A DNA stretch of 64,000 bases from an uncultured Alphaproteobacteria bacterium (GTDB lineage: Bacteria > Pseudomonadota > Alphaproteobacteria > Micavibrionales > Micavibrionaceae), in contig CALHAR010000006.1 in the NCBI GenBank assembly GCA_937931645.1, forward strand, positions 6,585 through 70,584. The letters run 5' to 3'. Shown in pieces: positions 47,046-56,894 of the stretch. A model generated the notes under the pieces. The model was given only the letters and a program-made list of their open reading frames with translations. It did not search any database and had not been told where the DNA came from. Position 1 is the stretch's first letter; the number at the start of each line of letters is the position of its first letter. The position numbers were made by a program, and so were the translations under genes.

Positions 47046-49913
47046 TTATAAACTCAATGCCTCATCAACCAGTTTGGCTTGCTGTGCGTTATGAACGCTC
47101 AACGAGCCTGTCGCGGGCGACGCGGCTTCATCACGACCAATATATTGCGGACGACCTGCTTTATGCTTAGCCTCAACCAAAACATCCTCAATAAGGCGAT
47201 CAACAAAGTTCCAAGAACCAAAGTTTTTATGCTCTTCCTGACACCAGATAACTTCTGCGTTCAAATATTGCGCTAACTCTTCCACCAATACATCATGCGG
47301 AAACGGATAAAGTTGTTCAACGCGCAGTATCATAATATCTTTTATTTTACGCGTTCGGCGCTCTTGCAATAGGTCAAAGTAAACTTTACCAGTACACAAA
47401 ATAACACGTTTAATATCTTTTGGTTTGGCCAATTTTTCTTTGTCATCATCCCACAAAACACGGTGGAAACTTGACCCTTCGGTAAATTCTTCCAATTTCG
47501 ACACACATAGCTTATGACGGAGCAATGATTTTGGAGTCATTAAAATTAGTGGCTTTCTGTAGTCACGGCACATTTGACGTCGCAAAATATGAAAATAATT
47601 TGCTGGCGTTGTACAATTTGCCACCTGCCAATTATCTTCTGCGCTGTTTTGTAAAAAGCGTTCAGGGCGTGCAGATGAATGTTCTGGCCCTTGTCCTTCC
47701 ATACCATGTGGCAACATTAAAACTAATCCACACATTCTAAGCCATTTTGTTTCACCACTGGATAAGAACTGATCAATAATAGTCTGCGCGCCATTGACGA
47801 AGTCACCAAATTGACCTTCCCATAGAACCAAAGTACGTGGGTCAGCGGAGGCGTACCCATATTCAAACCCCATTACGGCAAACTCAGATAATGGACTATC
47901 ATGGGCTTCAAAGCGCCCTTGCCCCTCTTTTACATGCTCTAACGGTAAATATTTTGCTTCTGTTTCTTGGTCATATAAAATTGCGTGACGTTGCGAGAAA
48001 GTCCCCCGCCCGACATCTTGACCAGACAAACGTACACCAAAATCTTGATCAACAAGCGACGCAAAAGCCATAGCCTCTGCCGTTGCCCAGTCAAACCCTT
48101 CACCCGTCTTAAACATATCAGCTTTAGATTTTAACTGACGGGAAATTTTACCATTCACTTTAAAATCATCAGGGACAGTTGTTAAAACTTTTCCAATTTG
48201 TTGTAAGGTCTTTTCTTTAACAGCTGTATCACCGCGACGGTCACCGTCAGGGGCAACGGTAAAGCCGCTCCATGTACCTTCTAAATAATCCGCTTTATTT
48301 GGCTTAAAATTCTCTGCTGCGTTAAAAGCTTCGCTTAGATATTCATTAAACTCGTCAACGGTTTTTTGTACGTCTTCTGCACTCATTACACCTTCAGCAA
48401 CCAGTTTCTCCCCGTATTGTTCGCGGGTTGTTTGCTGTACCTTAATTTGCCTGTACATGATAGGTTGCGTGAAAGATGGTTCATCACCTTCATTGTGACC
48501 GTTACGCCTGTAACAGAACATATCAATCACAACATCTTTCTTAAATTTTTGACGGAACTCAGTCGCGATGCGTGCAACATGCACAACAGCCTCTGGGTCA
48601 TCACCATTAACATGGAAGATCGGCGCGGCGAGCATCTTTGCCACATCCGTACAATAAGGGCCAGAGCGGCTAAAAGCAGGGCGCGTTGTAAAACCAATTT
48701 GATTGTTAATCACAATATGTACCGTACCACCGACGCTATAGCCAGGCAGTTCAGAAATCATCAATGTTTCAGGAACAACCCCCTGTCCCGCAAAGGCGGC
48801 ATCACCATGCAGCAACATCGGCATCACTTGCGTATTATCGGTGTCATTTGCCATCGTTTGCTTAGCACGTACTTTACCAACAACGACAGGGTTCACACAT
48901 TCCAAATGTGATGGATTAGCGGATAAAGACAGGTGGATATTATTACCATCAAAATCACGATCACTCGACGTTCCCATATGGTATTTCACATCACCTGACC
49001 CTTGAACATCATCTGGCTTAGAAGACACACCTTGAAATTCAGAAAACATTGCCGTGAAAGATTTACCCAAAACATTGGTTAAAACATTTAAACGGCCACG
49101 ATGCGCCATACCAAGGCAAATTTCTTTTAAGCCCAGCTGTCCACCACGTTTCATAATTTGCTCAATACAAGGAACCAAGGCTTCACCGCCATCAAGGCCA
49201 AAACGCTTAGTACCAGGGTACTTCACATGAAGGAACTTTTCGAACCCTTCGGCCGCGACAAGGCGTTGATAAATCGCTTTTTTGCCTTCGGCTGTAAAGT
49301 CGGTTTTATTATGCGGTTCTTCAATACGTTCTTGAACCCAGCTCTTTTCCTCTGGGTCTGTCAGGTGCATAAATTCAACACCAATTTTACCGCAATATGT
49401 TTCTTTTAATACCGCTACAATTTCGTTCAGCGTGGCACTTTCCAACCCCAACACACCATCAATAAAGATTGCGCGATCATAATCTGCTTCCGCAAAGCCG
49501 TAATGCGTAGGGTCTAGCTCTGGGTAATATTCTTGCTCACGCAAGCCCAAAGGGTCGAGGTTCGCACTCAAATGTCCCCGCGCACGATAAGCACGGATCA
49601 ACATAATAGCACGAATAGAATCTAGCGCCGCTTGGCGGGCATCTGCACTGCTTTCAACCGACGATGACGTAGTCGTAGATGTCGCCGCACTTTCTCCATC
49701 ATAAGCAAATCCACCACTTGCCTGACGGTTTTCATCTGGCGTCCAGCTCGCCCCATGTTGCTCTTTTAAGACTGATAGCTCTTCATCGTTTAAGTCGTTA
49801 AAAAACTTCTTCCAGCTCGGGTCAACCTTTGCGGGATTGCGTTTATATTGGGCATAAAGATGCGCAATATATTCAGAGTTAACACCAGTTAAAAAAGACA
49901 GATTTTCAGACAT
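47046..49913 (-). CDS. sucA: 2-oxoglutarate dehydrogenase E1 component
   Basis: 955 aa starting MSENLSFLTGVNSEYIAHLYAQY, with a ThDP-binding region. Confidence 0.97.
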   Translation of the reverse strand: MSENLSFLTGVNSEYIAHLYAQYKRNPAKVDPSWKKFFNDLNDEELSVLKEQHGASWTPDENRQASGGFAYDGESAATSTTTSSSVESSADARQAALDSIRAIMLIRAYRARGHLSANLDPLGLREQEYYPELDPTHYGFAEADYDRAIFIDGVLGLESATLNEIVAVLKETYCGKIGVEFMHLTDPEEKSWVQERIEEPHNKTDFTAEGKKAIYQRLVAAEGFEKFLHVKYPGTKRFGLDGGEALVPCIEQIMKRGGQLGLKEICLGMAHRGRLNVLTNVLGKSFTAMFSEFQGVSSKPDDVQGSGDVKYHMGTSSDRDFDGNNIHLSLSANPSHLECVNPVVVGKVRAKQTMANDTDNTQVMPMLLHGDAAFAGQGVVPETLMISELPGYSVGGTVHIVINNQIGFTTRPAFSRSGPYCTDVAKMLAAPIFHVNGDDPEAVVHVARIATEFRQKFKKDVVIDMFCYRRNGHNEGDEPSFTQPIMYRQIKVQQTTREQYGEKLVAEGVMSAEDVQKTVDEFNEYLSEAFNAAENFKPNKADYLEGTWSGFTVAPDGDRRGDTAVKEKTLQQIGKVLTTVPDDFKVNGKISRQLKSKADMFKTGEGFDWATAEAMAFASLVDQDFGVRLSGQDVGRGTFSQRHAILYDQETEAKYLPLEHVKEGQGRFEAHDSPLSEFAVMGFEYGYASADPRTLVLWEGQFGDFVNGAQTIIDQFLSSGETKWLRMCGLVLMLPHGMEGQGPEHSSARPERFLQNSAEDNWQVANCTTPANYFHILRRQMCRDYRKPLILMTPKSLLRHKLCVSKLEEFTEGSSFHRVLWDDDKEKLAKPKDIKRVILCTGKVYFDLLQERRTRKIKDIMILRVEQLYPFPHDVLVEELAQYLNAEVIWCQEEHKNFGSWNFVDRLIEDVLVEAKHKAGRPQYIGRDEAASPATGSLSVHNAQQAKLVDEALSL

Positions 49914-49956
49914 AATTACTTCACAGTTATGGTTAAAAAGAAAATTAAACTACCCT

Positions 49957-50502
49957 CTATTCTTTAAGGATAGCGCGTAGCTTATTCAAGGCGATTTTTT
50001 CATTTTTGCTAATATTCTCAGGATTTTTCCCTAGCTTAGCGCCGCCGCTCAAACTGCCTATCCATTGAAAAAAGCGGTCAACATGCATCTCGTTATCAGG
50101 ATCAATATGCTCACCATAGGCTTGTGCGACCACCATAGCCAATTTCCAAATTGTTTGCTTATATTGGCTTACTGCTTTTCCGCCCATCTTATCTTTACAC
50201 AGAGTTAAGGCATTCTTCGTATCGGCCAAAACCGTCTGTTCATCGGCCTTCCCCTCCCATGCGGGCCAGGCTGACTTATTCTGCTCAACAGATTTCATAA
50301 TGGTAGCAGCAAATGGAATCTTAGCGCTTTTGGCTGCTAAATTAGAGATCGCGGCTTCCAACGCTTTACGCTCCTCGCGTTCGTCAATTTTACTGCCGGT
50401 ATTGTCGTCAACATTGGCAACCCATACCGCAACACGATAGGGAACAGAAGCAATAAAAGCGCGCTCTTCAGGAGTAAATTTCGATAAATCCGCCATGGTC
50501 AA
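49957..50502 (-). CDS. hypothetical soluble protein (181 aa)
   Basis: Clean ORF with no signal peptide or TM helix and no motif recognised. It is wedged between sucD and sucA on the same strand. Confidence 0.5.
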   Translation of the reverse strand: MTMADLSKFTPEERAFIASVPYRVAVWVANVDDNTGSKIDEREERKALEAAISNLAAKSAKIPFAATIMKSVEQNKSAWPAWEGKADEQTVLADTKNALTLCKDKMGGKAVSQYKQTIWKLAMVVAQAYGEHIDPDNEMHVDRFFQWIGSLSGGAKLGKNPENISKNEKIALNKLRAILKE

Positions 50503-50547
50503 CCCTTTGGGTAAATCTTGTTTGTTGGTTATTTTACGGATTTAGTC

Positions 50548-50605
50548 TGCCACGGCATGAACAAAAAAAGAAGGGATAGGTTTGAATTTTCAAGACCTAT
50601 CCCTT
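50548..50605 (-). terminator. 58-nt repeat copy A containing a rho-independent terminator (minus strand)
   Basis: 12-bp stem GAAGGGATAGGT / ACCTATCCCTTC. On the minus strand the stem is followed by TTTTTTTG. It is 55/58 identical to 51134-51191. Confidence 0.75.
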
Positions 50606-50624
50606 CTTACCGTATTCTATTAAC

Positions 50625-51047
50625 TTATCTAACCGAAAAAATCCGCCTACCTAGTTGAACGTTCGCACAGTCATCTTGCATTGACGAAAGTAGGGGTACT
50701 AAACGATCTCGTGTTCCCTCATCCAAACTAGAACCCTCACTTGCCACTCCTGTAAGAAATGCGTGACTATTATTACTCAAAATTCTGCCAACTGCTTCTA
50801 AATTATCATACGCTACTGGTAACCCTGTTACTGTGGTTAAAGCTAGTGCCAACTTCGCTACTTCAACCGGTCCACCTTCTATTGTTTCATCAATACTAAT
50901 AAATGTAGGATGACAGTACCTACCATCAGTTAACACGTCTCGCGCGGACCTCATCCCTGCCATTCTCAGTAGGGAGTCTAAGCCAGATTTTTTTGCTTTA
51001 GGACACTCAATAGCAACCGCCATCGAAAAAATTTTTGTGGGATCCAT
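50625..51047 (-). CDS. hypothetical protein (140 aa)
   Basis: I prefer the ATG at 51047 (MDPTKIF...) over the track start at 51095. The gene is bracketed by the two 58-nt repeat copies. No motif recognised. Confidence 0.45.
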   Translation of the reverse strand: MDPTKIFSMAVAIECPKAKKSGLDSLLRMAGMRSARDVLTDGRYCHPTFISIDETIEGGPVEVAKLALALTTVTGLPVAYDNLEAVGRILSNNSHAFLTGVASEGSSLDEGTRDRLVPLLSSMQDDCANVQLGRRIFSVR

Positions 51048-51133
51048 ATCATATATCCTCTTAAATAAACTGTAGATTACGGCAGATATTATCATTTACT
51101 TTATATTATGTCAACAATTTTGTAAATTTAATT

Positions 51134-51191
51134 TGCCACGGCATGGGCGAAAAAAGAAGGGATAGGTTTGAATTTTCAAGACCTATCCCTT
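51134..51191 (-). terminator. 58-nt repeat copy B containing the same terminator hairpin (minus strand)
   Basis: It matches 50548-50605 except at 3 positions (aaca vs ggcg). On the minus strand the hairpin is followed by TTTTTTCG. Confidence 0.7.
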
Positions 51192-51510
51192 TTAGGGGTT
51201 CGCATTATCTAATAGGGACGAAGGAAAACCAGATAATGCATTTGGTATAAGGGTGGGGGCAACAATACGGAGTCTGCCCTGCGGTTAAACGCTAATGACG
51301 GCTCAAAACGTGATGATTTGTCCCGCTAAGTCCGTCATGTTCTCTAAAGGACTGAAATCAGCAATCTTTGCCAACGTAATTAACCATAATGTTGTTCCAG
51401 CTAAGTATATTGTATTTATCATTATCATGCTCCCATGTTCGAATTGTTCTTATAAGGGATATCTTGCAAGGAGAGTGCCATTTTTTAATATAATAAAATC
51501 AATTAGTTAA

Positions 51511-51546
51511 ACAAAAAGAGAGCCATCAGGCTCTCTTCTTTTTTTG
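51511..51546. terminator. bidirectional hairpin terminator just downstream of sucD
   Basis: AGAGAGCC-atca-GGCTCTCT flanked by an A-run (5') and a T-run (3'). Confidence 0.75.
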
Positions 51547-51572
51547 CCCATAGGCATTATTTTCCGTAACGG

Positions 51573-52448
51573 TTATGCCGCCATCGCCTCTTTCATCGCA
51601 AGACCAAGACCTCCTGGGCTGTCTGATACGGCAAAGCCAGCACTACGCATTGCTTCCATTTTGGCTTCGGCAGTATCATCACCACCAGAAATAATTGCGC
51701 CCGCATGTCCCATACGTTTCCCTGGAGGAGCCGTTGCACCAGCAATAAAGCCTGCAATCGGTTTCTTCGTTTTCAAATCTTTATAATATTGTGCCGCTTC
51801 GATTTCTGCCGCACCACCGATTTCACCGATCATCAAGATACCTTCAGTTTCAGGGTCTTCCATGAATAGTTCAATACAATCAATAAAGTTCGTTCCATTG
51901 ACTGGGTCACCACCAATACCGATACACGTTGATTGGCCGTAACCAACTGCACCAGTTTGTGCCACCGCTTCATACGTCAACGTTCCTGACCGTGATACAA
52001 TACCAATCTTACCTCTTTTATGAATGTGACCCGGCATAATACCAATTTTACACTCATCAGGCGTAATAACACCCGGGCAGTTTGGACCAATAAGGCGTGT
52101 GTTTGACCCTTGAAGGGCGCGTTTCACTTTCACCATATCTAAAACAGGAATACCTTCTGTGATACAAACCACTAGCTCAATTTTGGCATCAATAGCTTCT
52201 AAAATAGAATCTGCAGCAAATGGCGGCGGCACATAAATAACCGATGCATTCGCCCCCGTTGCATGGACGGCTTCATCAACCGTATTAAATACAGGTAAGC
52301 CTAAATGATCGATGCCACCTTTACCTGGCGTAACACCACCCACCATGTTTGTGCCATAGGCGATAGCTTGCTCACTATGGAAGGTTCCTTGCGAGCCAGT
52401 AAATCCCTGACAAATAAGTTTTGTATTTTTATTAACGAGAACAGACAT
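51573..52448 (-). CDS. sucD: succinyl-CoA ligase alpha subunit
   Basis: 291 aa with [11 protein letters not shown], the active-site His region SRSGTLTYE and GHAGAII. Confidence 0.97.
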   Translation of the reverse strand: MSVLVNKNTKLICQGFTGSQGTFHSEQAIAYGTNMVGGVTPGKGGIDHLGLPVFNTVDEAVHATGANASVIYVPPPFAADSILEAIDAKIELVVCITEGIPVLDMVKVKRALQGSNTRLIGPNCPGVITPDECKIGIMPGHIHKRGKIGIVSRSGTLTYEAVAQTGAVGYGQSTCIGIGGDPVNGTNFIDCIELFMEDPETEGILMIGEIGGAAEIEAAQYYKDLKTKKPIAGFIAGATAPPGKRMGHAGAIISGGDDTAEAKMEAMRSAGFAVSDSPGGLGLAMKEAMAA

Positions 52449-52500
52449 ATTTTTTCTACTTCTTTTTAAGGTTTAAATTTTATTGTTAAATAGTTGAGTT

Positions 52501-53145
52501 TTAAACAGTAACCACAGGACTCATATTTTTTGCATTGGTAACCCAATCATTGACTTCATCAATAGTTGGTACTGTTGGTGCTATTGTTTGCTTACCGGCT
52601 TTATTGACAACCTCCATTTCAGCAACCAGTTCAGCCGCATTGCTGTTCGCAAGTTGTAAAACAGTTGATATACCCGTCATATAAGCAAGTTCAGCACATT
52701 GGTGATCAATTCCCTCTACACGAAGAAGATCAGACATAGAAGCCCAATCATGTATCGGCTTGACAAGTATATTTAGATCTTTCGCTGCCTGCTCTCTAGA
52801 TGCCGGCGTGTGTAGTTTACGCAACAAACCACCAACCGTTGATATACCATAGCCTCTTAATAGGTCACCCGTTTGTGGGCCAATACCTTCTAAGGTTTGG
52901 ATATCATAGCCATCGGAATCCAAATCTACGTTCGTATCTAGGCTAATCGTTGCTGTGTCATCGACGTCATCGACATAAGAGGACACAAAGCTTGAAGTTT
53001 TTGCCGTCATATCGTCATTTGTTGCGGCATTATTCGCTTTCCCTTTACCCCCGCAACATATTTTACAAAGTAGGTAGCCCAACAACATACCCAGTAAAAA
53101 AGCAATAAGAAGACACAGTGAAATTTGAACAATAAGATATGTCAT
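52501..53145 (-). CDS. membrane-anchored DUF4332 (helix-hairpin-helix) domain protein
   Basis: N-terminal TM helix followed by CKICCGG. LEGIGPQTGDLLRGYGISTVGGLL ... DLLRVEGIDHQCAELAYMTGISTV..LA matches the two-HhH DUF4332 pattern. Confidence 0.7.
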   Translation of the reverse strand: MTYLIVQISLCLLIAFLLGMLLGYLLCKICCGGKGKANNAATNDDMTAKTSSFVSSYVDDVDDTATISLDTNVDLDSDGYDIQTLEGIGPQTGDLLRGYGISTVGGLLRKLHTPASREQAAKDLNILVKPIHDWASMSDLLRVEGIDHQCAELAYMTGISTVLQLANSNAAELVAEMEVVNKAGKQTIAPTVPTIDEVNDWVTNAKNMSPVVTV

Positions 53146-53172
53146 GATAGTTTCCTTGTTTAATAATTTGGT

Positions 53173-54153
53173 TTAATTCGGTGCTCTCAACACTTTAAAT
53201 TCAATACGACGATTTTGTGCGCGGCCTTCTTCGGTATCATTATCAGCAATTGGATCATTTGGCCCGTTTCCAACAACCTTTACCTGTTTGGCCACACCTC
53301 TTTTAAGCATGTACTGACCGACGGCTCTTGCTCTACGTAGGCTCAAACGTCTATTGGCTTCTATATTGCCAACATTATCTGTGTAACCATTAATAGTAAT
53401 AATAGTATCTTCGTCACAATTTTTTGCCGCAATGACCATCCGGTCTAATAACTTATGGCTTTCTGGTTTAATAGTTGCCCGGGCTGAATCAAAGTTAATC
53501 TTCTTGCCATCAAGCAAAGACGTTAAGCTTCTTTCGCATGCCGCCTCAACAGTCTTTAACGCCGTCACTGAGTCAACACCTCTTCTAATGATTTTGTTAT
53601 TTTGAATAACTAATGGTTGATCAAGATCAATATTATCAAGAGTAACAACAGGAGTTTCAACGACAGGCGCTTCGCCTAGCTGTAGATCTAAATTAAAGTC
53701 AGATAAAGGTGTCGTCTCCGCAACCTTTGTATCAATGTCCTTATCCATCTTGTCACCTGCAACAGCATCAAGCATACCGCCATCTTCAGGTTCAGACAAG
53801 ATATCTAAATCAATAAGCGGCTCTTCATTTATCACAGGGGTAATGGCTTCAATTACCGCAACAGGCGGCGGCTCAACAACAGTCACTTGGTTATAAACAG
53901 CGCGCACACCTTCTAAATTAGCTGCCGTTTTATAAGCCATTTCCTTAGATTGACCTTCAGCAACAGTGCCGCTTAACGTAACATCACGACCAGAAACAGT
54001 CGCTTGAATATTTTTAGAAATACCTTGTGTATCAAAAGCACTCGTTAAACGAGTACTGACATCTTGCTCAATCTCAACACTACGTTTCGATATAGAAGAA
54101 TATGCCAGAAAGCCGACAATAATCAGTCCCACAATAAATAACAGTTTTTTCAT
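53173..54153 (-). CDS. BON-domain plus OmpA-like (peptidoglycan-binding) protein
   Basis: N-terminal anchor, then a BON domain (VSGRDVTLSGTVAEGQSKEMAYKTAANLEGVRAVYNQVTV). The C-terminal OmpA_C motifs are INFDSARATI, GYTDNVG, NRRLSLRRA and NRRIEF. Confidence 0.85.
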   Translation of the reverse strand: MKKLLFIVGLIIVGFLAYSSISKRSVEIEQDVSTRLTSAFDTQGISKNIQATVSGRDVTLSGTVAEGQSKEMAYKTAANLEGVRAVYNQVTVVEPPPVAVIEAITPVINEEPLIDLDILSEPEDGGMLDAVAGDKMDKDIDTKVAETTPLSDFNLDLQLGEAPVVETPVVTLDNIDLDQPLVIQNNKIIRRGVDSVTALKTVEAACERSLTSLLDGKKINFDSARATIKPESHKLLDRMVIAAKNCDEDTIITINGYTDNVGNIEANRRLSLRRARAVGQYMLKRGVAKQVKVVGNGPNDPIADNDTEEGRAQNRRIEFKVLRAPN

Positions 54154-54214
54154 TTTCTGGTCTCCTTACAAAGTTAGTTTTAAGCTCTTCTATTCACCCG
54201 CTCTTTTTGTAAAT

Positions 54215-55420
54215 CTATGCCGCTTTTTGTGCGGCCTGTGTTGCTTCAACAACTTTTTGCGCCGCATCCTCTAAATCATCAGCAGAAATAATTGGCAAGC
54301 CTGAATTCGCCATCAGCTCTTTGCCCTTTTCAACATTGGTTCCTTCTAAACGCACAACCAACGGCACAGAAAGATCAACCTCTTTGGCTGCCGCGATAAC
54401 ACCTTCGGCAATAACATCACATTTCATGATGCCGCCAAAAATATTAACCAAAATACCTTTAACATTTTCATCAGAAAGAATGATTTTAAACGCCGCGGTT
54501 ACACGTTCCGCCGTTGCGCCGCCGCCAACATCCAAAAAGTTTGCTGGCTCGCCGCCTTTAAGTTTAATGATATCCATTGTTGCCATCGCCAAACCTGCAC
54601 CATTCACCATACAGCCAATGTTACCTTCCATGGCCACATACGATAGACCCCAATTTGTGGCTTCACGTTCATTATCATTTTCTTCTGTAACGTCACGCAT
54701 CTCTGCCACCGCCTTTTGACGGAACAAAGCATTCTCATCAAACGTCATTTTAGCATCCAGCGCCATCACTTCATTTTTGTCTGTAACAATAAGAGGGTTA
54801 ATTTCAACAATCGATGCATCTAATTCAATAAAAGCTTTATATAAAGACAAGAAAAGCTTAACCGCCGATTTCATCGCATCGCCTTCAAGCCCTAAAGAAA
54901 AAGCAAGTTTACGCGCATGAAAGGGCATCATACCTGTTGCAGGCTCAATAGACGCATGCGTAATCTTTTCAGGATTATTTTCTGCAACTTCCTCAATATC
55001 CATACCGCCTTCGGTAGACACCATGAAGCTAACACGGTCTGTATCTCTATCCAAAACAACGGAACAGTAATATTCTTTTTCAATATCAACACCATCGGTC
55101 ACATAAAGACGTTGAACTTCTTTACCTTCATCACCCGTCTGTTTGGTCACAAGAACTTGTCCCATCATCGCTTCTGCAGCATCCTTGACTTCATCGGCTG
55201 TTTTACAAAGGCGCACACCGCCCTTACCTTCAGGGTTATTCTTAAAGAAACCCGCCCCACGTCCACCCGCATGAATCTGCGATTTAACGACATAAAGAGG
55301 GCCAGGAAGGTCATTTGCGGCCTTTACAGCCTCTTCCACGCTCATCGCGGCAATACCTGTTGGGATAGAAACGCCATAACGGCTCAATAATTCTTTGGCT
55401 TGATATTCATGAATATTCAT
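54215..55420 (-). CDS. sucC: succinyl-CoA ligase beta subunit
   Basis: 401 aa with [12 protein letters not shown], an ATP-grasp fold and GGIMKCD. Confidence 0.97.
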   Translation of the reverse strand: MNIHEYQAKELLSRYGVSIPTGIAAMSVEEAVKAANDLPGPLYVVKSQIHAGGRGAGFFKNNPEGKGGVRLCKTADEVKDAAEAMMGQVLVTKQTGDEGKEVQRLYVTDGVDIEKEYYCSVVLDRDTDRVSFMVSTEGGMDIEEVAENNPEKITHASIEPATGMMPFHARKLAFSLGLEGDAMKSAVKLFLSLYKAFIELDASIVEINPLIVTDKNEVMALDAKMTFDENALFRQKAVAEMRDVTEENDNEREATNWGLSYVAMEGNIGCMVNGAGLAMATMDIIKLKGGEPANFLDVGGGATAERVTAAFKIILSDENVKGILVNIFGGIMKCDVIAEGVIAAAKEVDLSVPLVVRLEGTNVEKGKELMANSGLPIISADDLEDAAQKVVEATQAAQKAA

Positions 55421-55615
55421 CAGAAATCCTTAATAATTTCAATAAGTTAACATATAAATCCTCAGAAACGATTCTTTATAAGCCTCTTTGTTAGCATAGC
55501 CACCCACGACTTCCAAGGCTGAAATAGCCTTCCCTTTTAGTTTCCTTCACCTTTTATTAAAGATTGTTTTCTATAATAGGGAGAACATAGGGAAACAGGG
55601 ACAAAACTCAGTTTT

Positions 55616-55645
55616 TTGCATTTGAACAACAGAGTTTGATATTAT
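55616..55645 (+). promoter_or_regulatory. sigma70-like extended -10 promoter abutting the ATG at 55652
   Basis: TTGCAT (55616-55621), an 18-nt spacer, TGa-TATTAT (55637-55645), then 6 nt to the ATG. No SD. Confidence 0.6.
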
Positions 55646-55651
55646 TTAAAT

Positions 55652-56797
55652 ATGAACACGGCGGCATTACATTCATCAAATATCGGAGGGCTCATGGGAG
55701 CTTTTCAAAGTGCTGTAACTGATGTAAATTCTTGGTTCTCTAACAGAATGACAAACCACTTCGCAGGTGCTGTAAATACCATTGCCTCGTCAACGCCAAC
55801 AGTTGTTACTACCCCTACAATTTATAATGACGGGAACGATGGATTATCAGTAAGTAATGCCTTTAATGACGATGTTTTAGACATGCAGAAAAACTTAGCC
55901 GCCTTAGGGTATGATTTGGAGGCTGGTAAGCAATTTGTAAATAATGGCGTCGACGGAATTTATGGCGATGTCACAAAAGCTGCCGTTACACAATTTCAAA
56001 CAGATTATGGCCTAGAGCCGACAGGTATTGCCAGTGCGGAAACATTGGCCGCAATGGAACAGCGGGCCTTAGGACAAAATGCTACATACAAAATGGGTAT
56101 GCAAACCCACGATAGAAATATCTTTGAAGCAGCTAGAGACTTAGTAGGAAACGCTTTTCACTCCGCCGTAAACTCTATTAATAACTCTATCAATCACGAT
56201 GTTCATTCCACTTATGCCTACAGCGAAAACACAAAATATATAATGAATACAGGCAGTCCTGAAACGCTTAGCTATATTGAAATGGCAAAAGAAGCCGCAA
56301 TTGCCCAAGGACTTGACCCCGTCTTATTTGTTAATCAGTTAGGGCGCGAATCTAATTTTGATCCTCAAGCAAACTCAGGAAAAGCTGTTGGTATAGGTCA
56401 ATTTACTCCAGAAACTGGTGCAAGGTACGGTTTAACAGGTAGTGATTTTCACGATCCGCAAAAATCAATCACAGCCGCCGCTGAACATATGAGGGACTTA
56501 ACTGAGAAATACGGTAGTCAAGAGCTTGCTCTCGTTGCATATAATGGTGGCCCTGATGCAATTTCTTCTGCGGCAAGGCAAATTGGTATTGATGTTACAG
56601 ATATGACAGCAACAAACTTCCTTGATGCCATGGCAGAGCGTTATGCCGCAAGAACATCTCCGCCCCCTAATAGCGTCTGGGATGTAGAAACCGCTGGATA
56701 TTTAAAAGCAATCATGACGCCAGAAGAACCAGCACAAGCTCAAACCCCAACTCTAATGGCATCTCACACCCCAGCAGTAGCGCCAGCGGCAGCGTAA
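55652..56797 (+). CDS. peptidoglycan-binding domain plus SLT-type lytic transglycosylase, with no recognisable signal peptide
   Basis: PG_binding_1-like segment LDMQKNLAALGYDL..DGIYGDVTKAAVTQFQTDYGLEPTGIA, followed by the SLT core GRESNFDP..GIGQFTPETG..AYNGGP. Confidence 0.8.
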   Translation: MNTAALHSSNIGGLMGAFQSAVTDVNSWFSNRMTNHFAGAVNTIASSTPTVVTTPTIYNDGNDGLSVSNAFNDDVLDMQKNLAALGYDLEAGKQFVNNGVDGIYGDVTKAAVTQFQTDYGLEPTGIASAETLAAMEQRALGQNATYKMGMQTHDRNIFEAARDLVGNAFHSAVNSINNSINHDVHSTYAYSENTKYIMNTGSPETLSYIEMAKEAAIAQGLDPVLFVNQLGRESNFDPQANSGKAVGIGQFTPETGARYGLTGSDFHDPQKSITAAAEHMRDLTEKYGSQELALVAYNGGPDAISSAARQIGIDVTDMTATNFLDAMAERYAARTSPPPNSVWDVETAGYLKAIMTPEEPAQAQTPTLMASHTPAVAPAAA

Positions 56798-56858
56798 ATC
56801 AAGGGTATTATTAACTCTAACTCATTGATTTAAATAAGCTTACCCCTTCCCCAAAGTT

Positions 56859-56888
56859 TTGCATTTGTTAACCTCTTTTTGGTATAAT
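56859..56888 (+). promoter_or_regulatory. sigma70-like extended -10 promoter abutting the ATG at 56895
   Basis: TTGCAT (56859-56864), an 18-nt spacer, TGg-TATAAT (56880-56888), then 6 nt to the ATG. The ORF track's TTG start is this -35 box. Confidence 0.6.
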
Positions 56889-56894
56889 AAAGGT

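Noticed and set aside
51295-51510. 71-aa plus-strand ORF downstream of sucD
   Set aside because: It has no SD or promoter context, its composition is hydrophobic and low-complexity, and it is convergent with the surrounding minus-strand units. I treat the region as non-coding or a possible sRNA locus. The 41-aa minus-strand mini-ORF is mentioned only as a hypothesis.
56859-56894. ORF-track TTG start (56859) for the coiled-coil protein
   Set aside because: The TTG is the first triplet of a TTGCAT -35 box, followed by TGgTATAAT. The first ATG (56895), 6 nt after the -10 box, is the more plausible start.
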